Origin: Campylobacteraceae bacterium
GTDB lineage: Bacteria; Campylobacterota; Campylobacteria; Campylobacterales; Sulfurovaceae
Length of the DNA stretch: 24,447 nt
Assembly: GCA_027066355.1 (NCBI GenBank)
Contig: JAMONW010000155.1
Location: forward strand, 1-24,447
Reading direction: 5' to 3'
The notes beneath the pieces are model-generated. The model made no database searches, was not told the origin of the DNA, and saw only the letters and a program-made list of their open reading frames with translations. A program made the translations under genes and the position numbers. This document shows, piece by piece, positions 8,826 to 18,317 of this stretch. Within the stretch, counting starts at the first letter, position 1; every line of letters starts with the position of its first letter.

Positions 8826-10701
8826 AAAACTATTTAACTACTATCTTTTGATGATAGTAATATTTTTTATAGGAAGATTAGCCCTATTTATTTGGCAATT
8901 TAGCAGATTAAAAAATAGTGATAGCTCTATTTGGTTAACATTTATTTATGGCTTAAAGATGGATACAATGCTAAGTGCTATGCTACTTGTAATACCCCTT
9001 TTAGTGCTAACACTTGCTCCAAGCAATTTAAAAAAAATTGCAAATAGCTTTTTAAAGTTATATTTTGTAGCTATAATTTCACTAATTATCTATATTGAGT
9101 TTGCTACTTTTCCTTTTTTTGCACAATATGATGTAAGACCAAATTATAAATTTGTAGAGTATTTAGCATACCCAAAAGAGGTAATTGGTATGATTTTGGC
9201 TGATTATAAACTACCTCTATTTTTAGCTATTAGTGCAATTGTAATATTTATAATACTCTATTTAAAAAAGTTTTCAAATAGCTTTATAGAGATATTAAAT
9301 ACTCCATTAAAAAAGAGAGTTATTTGGTTTTTGCCAATAGCTTTAATTTTATTTATTGCGATTAGGTCATCGTTTGGACATAGACCAGCAAATATTTCTG
9401 ATGCTATGTATTCAAATAATAGAATATTAAATGAAGTTACTAAAAACTCTCTATACTCAATTGGATATGCAATATATTCAAATAAAAATTCATCAGCTAA
9501 AGTTGCAAAACTTTATGGAAAAATGAATCCAAAAGAGGCTTTGGAGAGAGTTAAAAAGAGATTAAAAATTGAAGGTAGTGAATTTAATAGCACTTCACCA
9601 TTTAGTCGCTTAGAGAAGAGTCATTTCAAAACTAATAAAAAGAGGAATTTAGTAATTTTTCTACAAGAGAGTTTGGGCTATCAATTTATCTCTCCTAAAA
9701 TTACACCAAATTTAATAAAACTACAAAAAGAGGGTATCTGGTTTAATAACACTTATTCTAATGGAACACGCTCAGTTAGAGGAATTGCTGGGGTAACTTC
9801 TGGCTTTTTAGCAGTGCCTGGAAAGGGCGTGGTTAAGAGAAATAAATCTCAAAGTGGTTTTTTTACTTTTGCATCACTTTTAAAACCACTTGGTTATCAT
9901 AGTATGTTTATTTATGGAGGAGAGGCAAGGTTTGATAATATGCGCTCTTGGTTTTTAGGCAATGGTTTTGATGAAATAATAGAGCAAAAAGATTATAAAA
10001 ATCCACACTTTGTTGCAAATTGGGGTGTTAGCGATGAGGATTTAGTTAAAATGGCAAATAGAAAATTTAATAAATTATATAGTAGTGGTAAACCATTTGC
10101 AGCACTTATGTTTAGTTCATCTAATCATAGTCCATTTGATATACCAAATGATAAAGTAAAACCAATAATTCCAAATAAAAATTGTGTAGAAAATGCTGTG
10201 CATTATGCAGATTTTGCTATTGGCAAATTTTTTGAATTGGCAAAAAAATCACCTTATTATAAAGATACTATCTTTGTAGTAGTTGCAGATCATAATGTGC
10301 GTGTTTATGGAGATGATGTTGTGCCTGTTAATATGTTTCATATTCCAGCATTAATTATTGCTGATGGTATAGATAGCAAAATCTATAAAAAAGCTACCTC
10401 TCAACCTGATATATTAGCTACTGCCTTGGATTTATTGGGCAAAGATTTTAAATACCCTATTCTTGGAAAGTCGATATTTTCAGATAAAAAAGCAGATATT
10501 AATTTATTACAATTTAACCAAAATTATGCTCTTAAAGTAAAAGAGAAAGTAGCAGTAATTGTGCCAAAACAAGAGCCACAAACATATATTTATAAAAATA
10601 AGCATCTTATTAAAACAAAACATGACAAAGAGCTAGAAAAAGATGCATTGGCATTTATAACAACACTTAATTATCTATATGATAAACAGAAATTTAAGTA
10701 A
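8812..10701 (+). CDS. LTA synthase (LtaS/MdoB) family membrane-bound phosphotransferase, alkaline phosphatase/sulfatase fold
   Basis: About 5 N-terminal TM helices; metal and catalytic motifs FLQES, SNGTRSVRG, WGVSDE, NHSPF, YAD and VADH; overlaps the upstream gene by 14 nt. Confidence 0.85.
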   Translation: MKIIKKLFNYYLLMIVIFFIGRLALFIWQFSRLKNSDSSIWLTFIYGLKMDTMLSAMLLVIPLLVLTLAPSNLKKIANSFLKLYFVAIISLIIYIEFATFPFFAQYDVRPNYKFVEYLAYPKEVIGMILADYKLPLFLAISAIVIFIILYLKKFSNSFIEILNTPLKKRVIWFLPIALILFIAIRSSFGHRPANISDAMYSNNRILNEVTKNSLYSIGYAIYSNKNSSAKVAKLYGKMNPKEALERVKKRLKIEGSEFNSTSPFSRLEKSHFKTNKKRNLVIFLQESLGYQFISPKITPNLIKLQKEGIWFNNTYSNGTRSVRGIAGVTSGFLAVPGKGVVKRNKSQSGFFTFASLLKPLGYHSMFIYGGEARFDNMRSWFLGNGFDEIIEQKDYKNPHFVANWGVSDEDLVKMANRKFNKLYSSGKPFAALMFSSSNHSPFDIPNDKVKPIIPNKNCVENAVHYADFAIGKFFELAKKSPYYKDTIFVVVADHNVRVYGDDVVPVNMFHIPALIIADGIDSKIYKKATSQPDILATALDLLGKDFKYPILGKSIFSDKKADINLLQFNQNYALKVKEKVAVIVPKQEPQTYIYKNKHLIKTKHDKELEKDALAFITTLNYLYDKQKFK

Positions 10702-10712
10702 TTTATATAAAA

Positions 10713-10746
10713 ATTTAAGCTTTTAAAAAACTCTAAAAGCTTAAAT
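10713..10746 (-). terminator. Probable intrinsic (possibly bidirectional) terminator between the convergent LPS operon and gmhA
   Basis: Perfect 13-bp inverted repeat ATTTAAGCTTTTA-N8-TAAAAGCTTAAAT, followed by a T-run on the minus strand; includes the gmhA stop codon. Confidence 0.6.
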
Positions 10747-11296
10747 CTACTTCATTGCACAATGTATGTCCTATAAGAATGTGCATCTCTTGAATTCTTG
10801 GGGTATTGTTTGATGGAACAACAAGGTTTAAATCACAAAGTTTATTCATCTCTCCACCACTATTTCCACTTAAACCAAGAGTAGTTAACCCATGCTCTTT
10901 TGCCTTTTGAAGAGCTAAAATTACATTTTTTGAGTTTCCAGATGTTGATATACCAATTGCTAAATCACCCTCTTTTCCAAGTGCTTCTATTTGTCTTGCA
11001 AATACTATTTCATATCCAAAATCATTTGAAATTGCAGTAATAGCAGAAGTATCGGTTGTTAAAGCAATTGCTGCTAAGCCTATTCTATTTGTTTTGTAGC
11101 GTCCTGTCAGTTCAGCAGCAATATGCTGGGCATCTGCTGCACTACCTCCATTACCAAAAATTAAGACTTTATTGCCTTGTTTTAAGGTATTTATTAAAAT
11201 TTGTGAAGCCTCTTCTATCTGTTTTGGCATCTGCTTAATTGTTGCCTCTATTGTAGCTTTATGTTCATTTAACTCTTCTAAAATTTTATTTTGCAT
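10733..11296 (-). CDS. gmhA: D-sedoheptulose 7-phosphate isomerase
   Basis: [40 protein letters not shown] and RIQEMHIL motifs. Confidence 0.96.
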   Translation of the reverse strand: MQNKILEELNEHKATIEATIKQMPKQIEEASQILINTLKQGNKVLIFGNGGSAADAQHIAAELTGRYKTNRIGLAAIALTTDTSAITAISNDFGYEIVFARQIEALGKEGDLAIGISTSGNSKNVILALQKAKEHGLTTLGLSGNSGGEMNKLCDLNLVVPSNNTPRIQEMHILIGHTLCNEVDLSF

Positions 11297-11297
11297 A

Positions 11298-12707
11298 TTA
11301 TACCTTAGACTCTATTTTTTTAATAATATTTGAAGTGCTTTTACCCTCTACAAAATCAATTAATTTAACCTCTTTTGCTATATCACTTCCTACAACCTCT
11401 TTATCCTTATAGTCAGCACCTTTAACTAAAATATCTGGTTTAATTGTTTTAATTAATTCATAAGGAGTATCCTCTTCAAATGGAACTATATAATCTACGC
11501 TAGATAATGCGCTAAGCACAGTAGCTCTATCTATTAATTGATTTACAGGTCTATCTTTTCCTTTTAAACGCTTAATACTCTCATCGCTATTTAAGCCTAA
11601 AATAAGCACATCTCCTAACTCTTTTGCTTTTTGCAAATATGTGGTATGCCCACTATGTAGTATATCAAAACAACCATTTGTAAATACAACTTTTTTACCT
11701 TGAGATTTTAACTCTTTGGATATCTTTTCTATTTCATTAAGATTTTTTAATTTATTTGTTAGAGTGCTGTTTTTAAGAGAGTTTTCATATGCTTCTATCT
11801 CTGCAAAAGTAGCAACTGCGGAACCAACTTTACCAACAACAACTGCTGCTGCTGAGTTGGCAAATTTACAAGCTTGATAAATAGATTTACCATTAGCCAA
11901 AGCTACTGCAATTGCTGAAATTACAGTATCTCCAGCTCCTGTAACATCATAAACCTCTTTAGCCACTGTTGGTATTATTTGCAAACTCTCATCTAAAAGA
12001 GCTATTCCCTCTTCACTAAGTGTAATTAGAGGATATTTTAGCTCTAAAGTATCTTTAAAATATTTTAAGGCAACTTTTAAGTTATCTTTTGTATCTAAAT
12101 TTATATTAGTTGCAATTTGCGCCTCTTTTTTATTTGGAGTAATTAGTGTAGCACCCTTATATTTACTAAAATCACTACCTTTTGGGTCAATTAATATTAA
12201 TTTATTGCTATTTTTCGATAAGCTAATAAGCTCTTTTGCAAGATTTTTAGTTATAACACCTTTAGCATAATCAGATACTATAATGGCATCAAAATTATCT
12301 ATTTTATCTCTTAATATATCTAATAAAGCATCAGAGGAGTTATCTGATATAGGCTTGGTAGTCTCTTCATCTAGGCGTAATACTTGATGTGTAGATACCA
12401 TTATTCTACTCTTTTTTGTAGTAACTCTATTTGGCTCTACTAGGAGGTTACTCTCTATATTTTGCAATAAAGATTTTAACTCTTTAGCATTGATATCATC
12501 TCCAATTACGCTAAATAAAGATACATTAACATTTAATGCTAAAAGATTATTTACAACATTTCCAGCTCCTCCAAGAGTTGATGTGCTTTTTTGCTTTAAT
12601 ACTACTTGAACTGGAGCTTCGGGGGATATTCTATCACAACTTCCCCATATGTAGCTATCTATCATTAAATCACCAATAACTGCTATATTTAAACTTCTAC
12701 TACTCAT
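11298..12707 (-). CDS. hldE: Bifunctional heptose 7-phosphate kinase / heptose 1-phosphate adenylyltransferase
   Basis: PfkB-type [23 protein letters not shown]; C-terminal [28 protein letters not shown] and LVKGADY. Confidence 0.96.
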   Translation of the reverse strand: MSSRSLNIAVIGDLMIDSYIWGSCDRISPEAPVQVVLKQKSTSTLGGAGNVVNNLLALNVNVSLFSVIGDDINAKELKSLLQNIESNLLVEPNRVTTKKSRIMVSTHQVLRLDEETTKPISDNSSDALLDILRDKIDNFDAIIVSDYAKGVITKNLAKELISLSKNSNKLILIDPKGSDFSKYKGATLITPNKKEAQIATNINLDTKDNLKVALKYFKDTLELKYPLITLSEEGIALLDESLQIIPTVAKEVYDVTGAGDTVISAIAVALANGKSIYQACKFANSAAAVVVGKVGSAVATFAEIEAYENSLKNSTLTNKLKNLNEIEKISKELKSQGKKVVFTNGCFDILHSGHTTYLQKAKELGDVLILGLNSDESIKRLKGKDRPVNQLIDRATVLSALSSVDYIVPFEEDTPYELIKTIKPDILVKGADYKDKEVVGSDIAKEVKLIDFVEGKSTSNIIKKIESKV

Positions 12708-12733
12708 TATTAAGCCTTAAGTGATTTTTTAAA

Positions 12734-12742
12734 ATTGTAGCA
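12734..12742 (-). promoter_or_regulatory. Putative extended -10 promoter for hldE-gmhA
   Basis: TGcTACAAT on the minus strand, about 27 nt upstream of the ATG; TAAGG SD near the start. Confidence 0.55.
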
Positions 12743-12769
12743 AAAAAAACTTCATATGAAGATATTAAT

Positions 12770-12786
12770 GCCTCAAAAAAAGAGGC
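12770..12786 (-). terminator. Possible hairpin/terminator downstream of the tRNA operon
   Basis: GCCTC-N7-GAGGC inverted repeat about 85 nt after the tRNA-Ser 3' end; no strong U-tract directly follows. Confidence 0.3.
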
Positions 12787-12869
12787 TTAGAGTATAAAGT
12801 AAATTTAAAAAACAAGAAAAAAGGAGAAGTATTTTATATTAAAAAGATATATTTGTTAAGTTCTTAAAG

Positions 12870-12957
12870 TGGCCGGGAGAGGGGGATTCGAACCCCCGGT
12901 GGCTCTCACCACACCGGTTTTCAAGACCGGCACGTTCAACCGCTCCGACATCTCCCG
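12870..12957 (-). tRNA. tRNA-Ser (anticodon UGA)
   Basis: Acceptor stem CGGGAGA/TCTCCCG, anticodon arm CCGGTC-TTGAAAA-CCGG, long variable arm, GGTTCGAATCC T-loop, discriminator G, encoded CCA. Confidence 0.97.
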
Positions 12958-12971
12958 AAACAATAAAAAAG

Positions 12972-13046
12972 TGGAGGCGGCACCCGGATTCGAACCGGGG
13001 ATCAGAGCTTTGCAGGCTCCTGCCTTAGCCACTTGGCTATGCCGCC
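12972..13046 (-). tRNA. tRNA-Cys (anticodon GCA)
   Basis: GGCGGCA/TGCCGCC acceptor stem, GGAGC-CTGCAAA-GCTCT anticodon arm, GGTTCGAATCC, discriminator U, encoded CCA. Confidence 0.97.
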
Positions 13047-13118
13047 AAAAAAGCCGCCTTATAAAACAGATTCTATATTATAAATATAACATTTATAATA
13101 TGGAGTGATTTTTAAAAG

Positions 13119-13206
13119 TGGTGCCCGGGGCCGGACTTGAACCGGCACGGCCAAAACGGCCAAGGGATTTTAAGTCCCTCGTGTCTACCAATTCCACCAC
13201 CCGGGC
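13119..13206 (-). tRNA. tRNA-Leu (anticodon UAA)
   Basis: GCCCGGG/CCCGGGC acceptor stem, AGGGA-CTTAAAA-TCCCT anticodon arm, long variable arm, GGTTCAAGTCC, discriminator A, encoded CCA. Confidence 0.97.
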
Positions 13207-13242
13207 AAATAAATGCTGGTAGGACACCACATTAACAATAGT

Positions 13243-13317
13243 TGGAGCGGGAGACGAGATTCGAACTCGCGGCCCTAACCTTGGCAAGGTTATGCTCTAC
13301 CCCTGAGCTACTCCCGC
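13243..13317 (-). tRNA. tRNA-Gly (anticodon GCC)
   Basis: GCGGGAG/CTCCCGC acceptor stem, AACC-TTGCCAA-GGTT anticodon arm, GTTCGAATC, discriminator U, encoded CCA. Confidence 0.97.
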
Positions 13318-13331
13318 TTATTTGGAGTGCA

Positions 13332-13339
13332 ATTATAAC
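13332..13339 (-). promoter_or_regulatory. Putative -10 promoter of the tRNA Gly-Leu-Cys-Ser operon
   Basis: gtTATAAT followed by TGCACTCC, 14 nt before tRNA-Gly, with A/T-tract-rich upstream DNA. Confidence 0.7.
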
Positions 13340-13415
13340 TATTTAACTTTAAAAAAACTTTAAACTATTTAGTGTTTATAGATTTTTTTAAAAAAATATC
13401 TTTTTAGCTGGTTTT

Positions 13416-13424
13416 TGGTATAAT
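13416..13424 (+). promoter_or_regulatory. Putative extended -10 promoter for ilvD
   Basis: TGgTATAAT 28 nt upstream of the ATG; SD AGGA at 13442-13445. Confidence 0.65.
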
Positions 13425-13451
13425 ATTGCGATTTCAAAAATAGGAAAAACA

Positions 13452-15131
13452 ATGAGAAGTGATGAAGTAAAAAAAGGTTATGCTAGAGCGCCACATAGAA
13501 GTTTACTAAGAGCAACAGGGCTTAAAGATGAAGATTTTGATAAACCATTTATTGGTGTTGCAAACTCTTTTATTGAGATAATTCCAGGACACTTTTATTT
13601 AAACAAAGTAGCTGAAATTATAAAAGATGAAATTAGAGCAAATGGATGTGTGCCATTTGAGTTTAATACAATTGGTGTAGATGATGGTATTGCGATGGGG
13701 CATGATGGTATGCTCTATTCATTGCCAAGTCGTGAAATTATTGCAAACTCCATTGAAACAGTAATGAATGCGCATAAACTTGATGCTATGATTGCTATTC
13801 CAAATTGTGATAAGATTGTTCCTGGTATGATAATGGGGGCTTTGCGTGTAAATGTTCCTACTATCTTTGTAAGTGGTGGTCCTATGAAAGCTGGAGCTAT
13901 GAATGATGGCACACCAATAGATTTAGCTACAGTATTTGAAGGTGTTGGAGCATATGAAGCTGGTGAAATTAGTGAAGATACATTAGTAGAGATGGAGTGC
14001 AATGCATGTCCAGGAGGTGGTAGTTGTAGTGGTATGTTTACTGCAAATTCAATGAATACATTAATGGAAGCTATGGGAATTGCACTCCCTGGAAATGGAA
14101 CAATTTTAGCTCTTACAAAAGAGAGAGAGGAGCTTTTTAAAAAGGCTGCTAGAAGAATTTGCGAAATTGCACTCTCTAAAGATAGTAATAAGATGAACTT
14201 TAGAAATATTTTAAATGAGAATGCTGTTAGAAATGCATTTGCTGTTGATATGGCAATGGGTGGAAGCTCAAATACAGTTTTACATATGTTAGCAATTGCA
14301 AATGAAGCAGATGTAAATTTTAATATTGCAGATATTAATGATATTAGCCAAAAGGTAAGCCATATTGCCAAAATTAGCCCTAGTTTAACAACTGTTCATA
14401 TGGAAGATATTCATAGTGCTGGTGGTGTAAGTGCAGTATTAAAAGAGATGACAAAGCGTGATAATAGTGTGCTTTTAGATAATCCAACAGTTACTGGAGA
14501 GAGCCTCTTTGAGAGAATTGCTGATGCTAAGATTTTAGATAAAGAGATTATCCACACAATTGATAATCCATACTCAGATGTTGGTGGTTTAGCAATTTTA
14601 TTTGGTAACTTAGCAGAGCAAGGTGCTGTTATTAAAACTGCTGGTATTATTGGGGAGAGAAGTTTCAAAGGGAAAGCTGTATGTTTTAATTCCCAAGATG
14701 AAGCAATTGCTGGAATTACTAGTGGTAAGGTAAAAGCTGGTGATGTTGTAGTATTAAGATATGAAGGTCCAAGAGGTGGTCCTGGAATGCAAGAGATGCT
14801 AAGCCCAACAAGCCTAATTATGGGTATGGGTTTAGGTGATAGTGTTGCATTAATTACAGATGGTCGCTTTAGTGGAGCTACAAGAGGTTTAAGTATTGGT
14901 CATGTTAGCCCAGAAGCAGCTGAGGGTGGTTTAATTGCACTTGTAGAAGATGGTGATGAGATATTTATTGATGTAGATGAGTATAAAATTGAGCTTTTAG
15001 TAAGTGATGAAGAGATTGCAAAAAGAAGAGAAAACTTTAAGCCAATTGAAAAAGAGTTAACTAGCCGCTGGTTAAGACAATATAGAGCATTAGTAACAAA
15101 TGCTAGTAAAGGAGCTGTTTTAGAGGCTTAA
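13452..15131 (+). CDS. ilvD: Dihydroxy-acid dehydratase
   Basis: [67 protein letters not shown] and GHVSPEAA motifs. Confidence 0.97.
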   Translation: MRSDEVKKGYARAPHRSLLRATGLKDEDFDKPFIGVANSFIEIIPGHFYLNKVAEIIKDEIRANGCVPFEFNTIGVDDGIAMGHDGMLYSLPSREIIANSIETVMNAHKLDAMIAIPNCDKIVPGMIMGALRVNVPTIFVSGGPMKAGAMNDGTPIDLATVFEGVGAYEAGEISEDTLVEMECNACPGGGSCSGMFTANSMNTLMEAMGIALPGNGTILALTKEREELFKKAARRICEIALSKDSNKMNFRNILNENAVRNAFAVDMAMGGSSNTVLHMLAIANEADVNFNIADINDISQKVSHIAKISPSLTTVHMEDIHSAGGVSAVLKEMTKRDNSVLLDNPTVTGESLFERIADAKILDKEIIHTIDNPYSDVGGLAILFGNLAEQGAVIKTAGIIGERSFKGKAVCFNSQDEAIAGITSGKVKAGDVVVLRYEGPRGGPGMQEMLSPTSLIMGMGLGDSVALITDGRFSGATRGLSIGHVSPEAAEGGLIALVEDGDEIFIDVDEYKIELLVSDEEIAKRRENFKPIEKELTSRWLRQYRALVTNASKGAVLEA

Positions 15132-15141
15132 ACCTCTAAAA
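15118..15141. terminator. Hairpin at the ilvD 3' end between convergent genes
   Basis: 9-bp inverted repeat TTTTAGAGG-CTTAAA-CCTCTAAAA with the ilvD TAA in the loop; no classical U-tail. Confidence 0.4.
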
Positions 15142-15160
15142 GAGTTTATCATAGATTATA

Positions 15161-15781
15161 TTATTTAGCTACATTTTTTTCAGCTAAATCAAGTGTAAAG
15201 TAGTATTTATCTCTTGTTTTTTGATAACCAACACCAGCATATGTAAAGCGTGGATTCATTAATATTTTGCAGTGTTGTTCATCATTTAGCCAATTATCAA
15301 CTGCCTTTTTATAGTTATCTGAAAATTTAGAGCTTTTAGTATTTTTAAATTTAGTAAATGTAATATTCTCTCCAACTAATAAGTTTGGTTTTACAGGATA
15401 TCCATAATAGGTTATTCTATCTACAAATGTGCTATGTAAAGCACCCTTTGGTTTTGCAGCATCTAGTTCTGTTCCTGAGCCATTATGTTGTAAAAAGTTA
15501 TTTATTGCCATATCTTTAGAGTGTGATATTGCCGCTCTTTCTAATGCACCGTTGCTATATAAAGGTGGGGCTGGTGGAGCGCATTTTGCTCCTTTATTTC
15601 TTATGCTATTTATATATGATAAAACTTCATTACTCTCTTGTGAACTTAAATATTTGTTGCTATTAATTTCTACATTAGCAAATCTTTTTTGTGGAGCTTT
15701 TAATGCTCTGTGAGTTGCTGATGAACATCCGTTGATTGAAAATATTGATATTATTGAAAGAAGAGCTATTTTTTTATACAT
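15161..15781 (-). CDS. CAP (SCP/PR-1) domain lipoprotein
   Basis: Lipobox INGC; INSIR, AISHSKDMA, LQHNGS, GENI, WLNDEQHCKILMNP and YAGVG are CAP hallmarks. Confidence 0.88.
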   Translation of the reverse strand: MYKKIALLSIISIFSINGCSSATHRALKAPQKRFANVEINSNKYLSSQESNEVLSYINSIRNKGAKCAPPAPPLYSNGALERAAISHSKDMAINNFLQHNGSGTELDAAKPKGALHSTFVDRITYYGYPVKPNLLVGENITFTKFKNTKSSKFSDNYKKAVDNWLNDEQHCKILMNPRFTYAGVGYQKTRDKYYFTLDLAEKNVAK

Positions 15782-15882
15782 TTATTCCCTTTTTATTGAT
15801 GTAAATATTATTTTATAATCATTGTATCTTATTATATGTTAAAGTTATACTTATATCGGTTAAAAGGAGTTAAAAAAGTTTT

Positions 15883-15906
15883 TAGGGGAGTTACTAATTT
15901 CCCCTA
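15883..15906 (-). terminator. Probable terminator of secG-frr-pyrE
   Basis: TAGGGGA-N10-TCCCCTA stem with the pyrE stop in the loop, followed by AAAACTTTTTT on the minus strand. Confidence 0.5.
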
Positions 15907-16502
15907 CTTCCTGGTTTTATTGCAGTTGAGCCCTCTTTACAAAGTGGACAATTAGATGGTTCATAAATTTCAAACTCAAAATCTGCTAATGCAAAAAGTG
16001 GTTTATTTGTTGGTAGTTTACACTCTGGTTTTGGAGAGTTTTGAGTGCCTTCTCTTTTACAAAAGCCTCTATTAGCAAGTGCGGCAAAGCCTACAACATT
16101 TGCACCTAGAGATTCAATTATATCACTTGCTTCAAGAGCAGAGCCTCCAGTTGTAATTATATCTTCACAAATTAAGATATTTTCACCCTTAGCTACTTCA
16201 AAACCACGGCGAAGTTCCATTTTGCCCTCTTTTCGCTCTACAAAAATTGAGCGAACTCCCAAAGCTCTTGCTAGTTCATAACCAGCAATTACGCCACCAA
16301 GAGCTGGAGCGCAAACTGTATCTATCTTGATGCCACTACTTTTTATCATATCTGCTAGTGCTGTTGCTAAAAGCTCTGCTCTTTTTGGGTCTTCTAAAAC
16401 TTTTGCACTTTGTAGATAATTTGGAGAGTGATTACCGCTACTTAATATAAAATGTCCACTTAAAAGTGCGCCACTATCTTTATAAATTTGCTCTATATTC
16501 AT
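15894..16502 (-). CDS. pyrE: Orotate phosphoribosyltransferase
   Basis: [24 protein letters not shown] motif [11 protein letters not shown] and terminal KPGSRGN; secG-frr-pyrE synteny. Confidence 0.95.
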   Translation of the reverse strand: MNIEQIYKDSGALLSGHFILSSGNHSPNYLQSAKVLEDPKRAELLATALADMIKSSGIKIDTVCAPALGGVIAGYELARALGVRSIFVERKEGKMELRRGFEVAKGENILICEDIITTGGSALEASDIIESLGANVVGFAALANRGFCKREGTQNSPKPECKLPTNKPLFALADFEFEIYEPSNCPLCKEGSTAIKPGSRGN

Positions 16503-16504
16503 AG

Positions 16505-17062
16505 TTACACTTTTAAAATATCAGCTTCTTTAGATTTTAAAGCTTCATCAATTTTAGCAATATGCTCATCTGTAATTTTTTGAACACTATCTTGAGCTTT
16601 TTTGCTCTCATCTTCACTTATCTCTTTATCTTTCTCAAGACGCTTAATTTTATTATTTGCATCTTTTCTAACATTTCTAACTGCTACTTTTGCATCTTCA
16701 GCCATTGATTTAGCTTGTTTTACAATTTGCTCTCTTTGCTCACTTGTCATTGGTGGGAAAAATAGCTTAATAAAATCGCCATCATTATTTGGATTTACGC
16801 CTAAATTTGCTTGTTGAATTGCCTTTTCAATATCTGGCAACAAACTCTTCTCCCATGGAGAGATTGCAATTGTTGTTGCATCAAGTGCAGTTACACTTGC
16901 AACTTGATTTAGTGCAGTTGCTGTGCCATAGTAATCTACTTTAACATCATCTACAACAGAAGTTGTAACTTTACCAGTTCTTAGAGTTAAGAATCTCTTT
17001 TTCATTGTATCTATGCTTTTTTGCATATGATCTTTTGTATCGTTTAAAATTTCATTTACCAT
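16505..17062 (-). CDS. frr: Ribosome recycling factor
   Basis: [41 protein letters not shown] and ISEDE motifs; 185 aa. Confidence 0.97.
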   Translation of the reverse strand: MVNEILNDTKDHMQKSIDTMKKRFLTLRTGKVTTSVVDDVKVDYYGTATALNQVASVTALDATTIAISPWEKSLLPDIEKAIQQANLGVNPNNDGDFIKLFFPPMTSEQREQIVKQAKSMAEDAKVAVRNVRKDANNKIKRLEKDKEISEDESKKAQDSVQKITDEHIAKIDEALKSKEADILKV

Positions 17063-17092
17063 AGTAAATACCTTTTAGTAAAATTTTTTATT

Positions 17093-17100
17093 ATTTTAGC
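17093..17100 (-). promoter_or_regulatory. Putative internal -10 promoter for frr-pyrE
   Basis: gcTAAAAT in the secG-frr gap, with AAGG SD before the ATG; a second candidate TGcTACACT lies at 17137-17145. Confidence 0.45.
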
Positions 17101-17153
17101 TTTTTTTTGGTAAATATTGAGTTATTTTTAAGATTTAGTGTAGCAAAAGAGAG

Positions 17154-17522
17154 TTACTTTGTAGTATTGCTCTCTTTTTTCTCAGTTGCCGGGGCTTTTG
17201 GAACTTCTGATTTTTTATCTTTTGGAGATGTTAATGGAATAGTAACTTTTTTTGCTGGTATTTCTGTTTTAATTGTATCTACTGCACTTTTATTATTCTC
17301 TTGTGAGTAGAAGTATCCAAGTGCTAGTGTATTAATTACAAAAAGTAGCGCTAGTGTAAATGTTGCTTTTGTTAAAAAACCAGCTGGTCCTTTTGCTCCA
17401 AATACAGATTCGTTACTACCACTATATGCACCCAAACCGATGCTTGAACTCTTTTGCAGTAGAACTAAAATTGTAATTAAGATAGCTAAAACTATCTGAA
17501 CAATAAATAGAGTTGATGTCAT
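17154..17522 (-). CDS. secG: Preprotein translocase subunit SecG
   Basis: Two TM helices flanking VLLQKSSSIGLGAYSGSNESVFGAKG; charged low-complexity C-terminal tail. Confidence 0.94.
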   Translation of the reverse strand: MTSTLFIVQIVLAILITILVLLQKSSSIGLGAYSGSNESVFGAKGPAGFLTKATFTLALLFVINTLALGYFYSQENNKSAVDTIKTEIPAKKVTIPLTSPKDKKSEVPKAPATEKKESNTTK

Positions 17523-17561
17523 AAATAATCCTCTTTAAGTGTAAAATAATATAATTGGCGC

Positions 17562-17569
17562 ATTATATC
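17562..17569 (-). promoter_or_regulatory. Putative -10 promoter for secG with GC-rich discriminator
   Basis: gaTATAAT followed by GCGCC on the minus strand; SD AGAGGA before the ATG at 17522. Confidence 0.6.
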
Positions 17570-17603
17570 TAAAAAAACTTCAAAGTAAAATGAATGGGAA
17601 GCA

Positions 17604-18317
17604 ATGAGAGTTAAAGAAGAGTTTAATAAATATGCCAAAAATTATAGCAAATATAGCCATATTCAAAATAAAATAGCTTCAATTTTAGTAGAAAATATAG
17701 ATAGCTTTAGAGTTGATAATATAGTTGATATTGGCTCTGGAGATGGAATGATATATAAAAAACTGATAGAAAAAGATATAAAATTTAAAAATTTTTATGC
17801 CATTGATTTTGCTCCAAAAATGCTTAAGTTGCACCCTAAAGAGAGCAGAGTTAAAGTAATTTGTGCAGATTTTAATAAAGGTAAAATTTTTAATTTACTA
17901 AAGGATAAAGGCATAGATTTAGCTATATCTTCATCTGCTTTACAGTGGGCTAAAGATTTAAAATTTACATTTAAAGAGATATCTAAGGTATCAAATAGTG
18001 GACTCTTTTTTCTCTTTACATCAAATACATTCAAATCTTTACATAATTTAGTAGGAGTAAAATCTCCTATTTTCTCTGAATATGAAATTGTAGATGCCTT
18101 TATTAATAGCTATGAGAGTTTAAAAATTCAAAAGTTTAGCTTTAAATTAGAGTTTAGAGATACTCTTGATATGTTGCGCTATATAAAAAAAAGCGGTGTA
18201 GGTGGCAATTTAAGATTAAATTATAGTGATATTAAATATATTATTAATAACTACCCTAACGATTATTTAGAGTTTGAAACAATATTATTAAAAGGTAAAA
18301 GTAGATGCCAAAGCTAA
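17604..18317 (+). CDS. Class I SAM-dependent methyltransferase, BioC (malonyl-ACP O-methyltransferase)-like
   Basis: Motif I IVDIGSGDG; DLAISSSALQW; N-terminal FNKYAKNYSKYSHIQ and C-terminal MLRYIKKSGV resemble BioC. Confidence 0.7.
   Translation: MRVKEEFNKYAKNYSKYSHIQNKIASILVENIDSFRVDNIVDIGSGDGMIYKKLIEKDIKFKNFYAIDFAPKMLKLHPKESRVKVICADFNKGKIFNLLKDKGIDLAISSSALQWAKDLKFTFKEISKVSNSGLFFLFTSNTFKSLHNLVGVKSPIFSEYEIVDAFINSYESLKIQKFSFKLEFRDTLDMLRYIKKSGVGGNLRLNYSDIKYIINNYPNDYLEFETILLKGKSRCQS

Noticed and set aside
12869-13287. Track ORFs 12869-13108 (+) and 13093-13287 (-)
   Set aside because: They overlap four well-formed tRNA genes; spurious translations of GC-rich tRNA sequence.
12708-13317. tRNA cluster as an integration site for a genomic island
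   Set aside because: No integrase or transposase nearby, and I saw no duplicated tRNA 3' end elsewhere in the window; flanking genes are housekeeping.
13715-14668. Antisense ORFs of 218 and 85 aa inside ilvD
   Set aside because: Codon-symmetry shadows of a conserved gene; no SD or recognisable domain.
17604-18317. Assigning the symbol bioC
   Set aside because: Motifs are BioC-like, but no other biotin genes are adjacent and substrate specificity cannot be read from the sequence.
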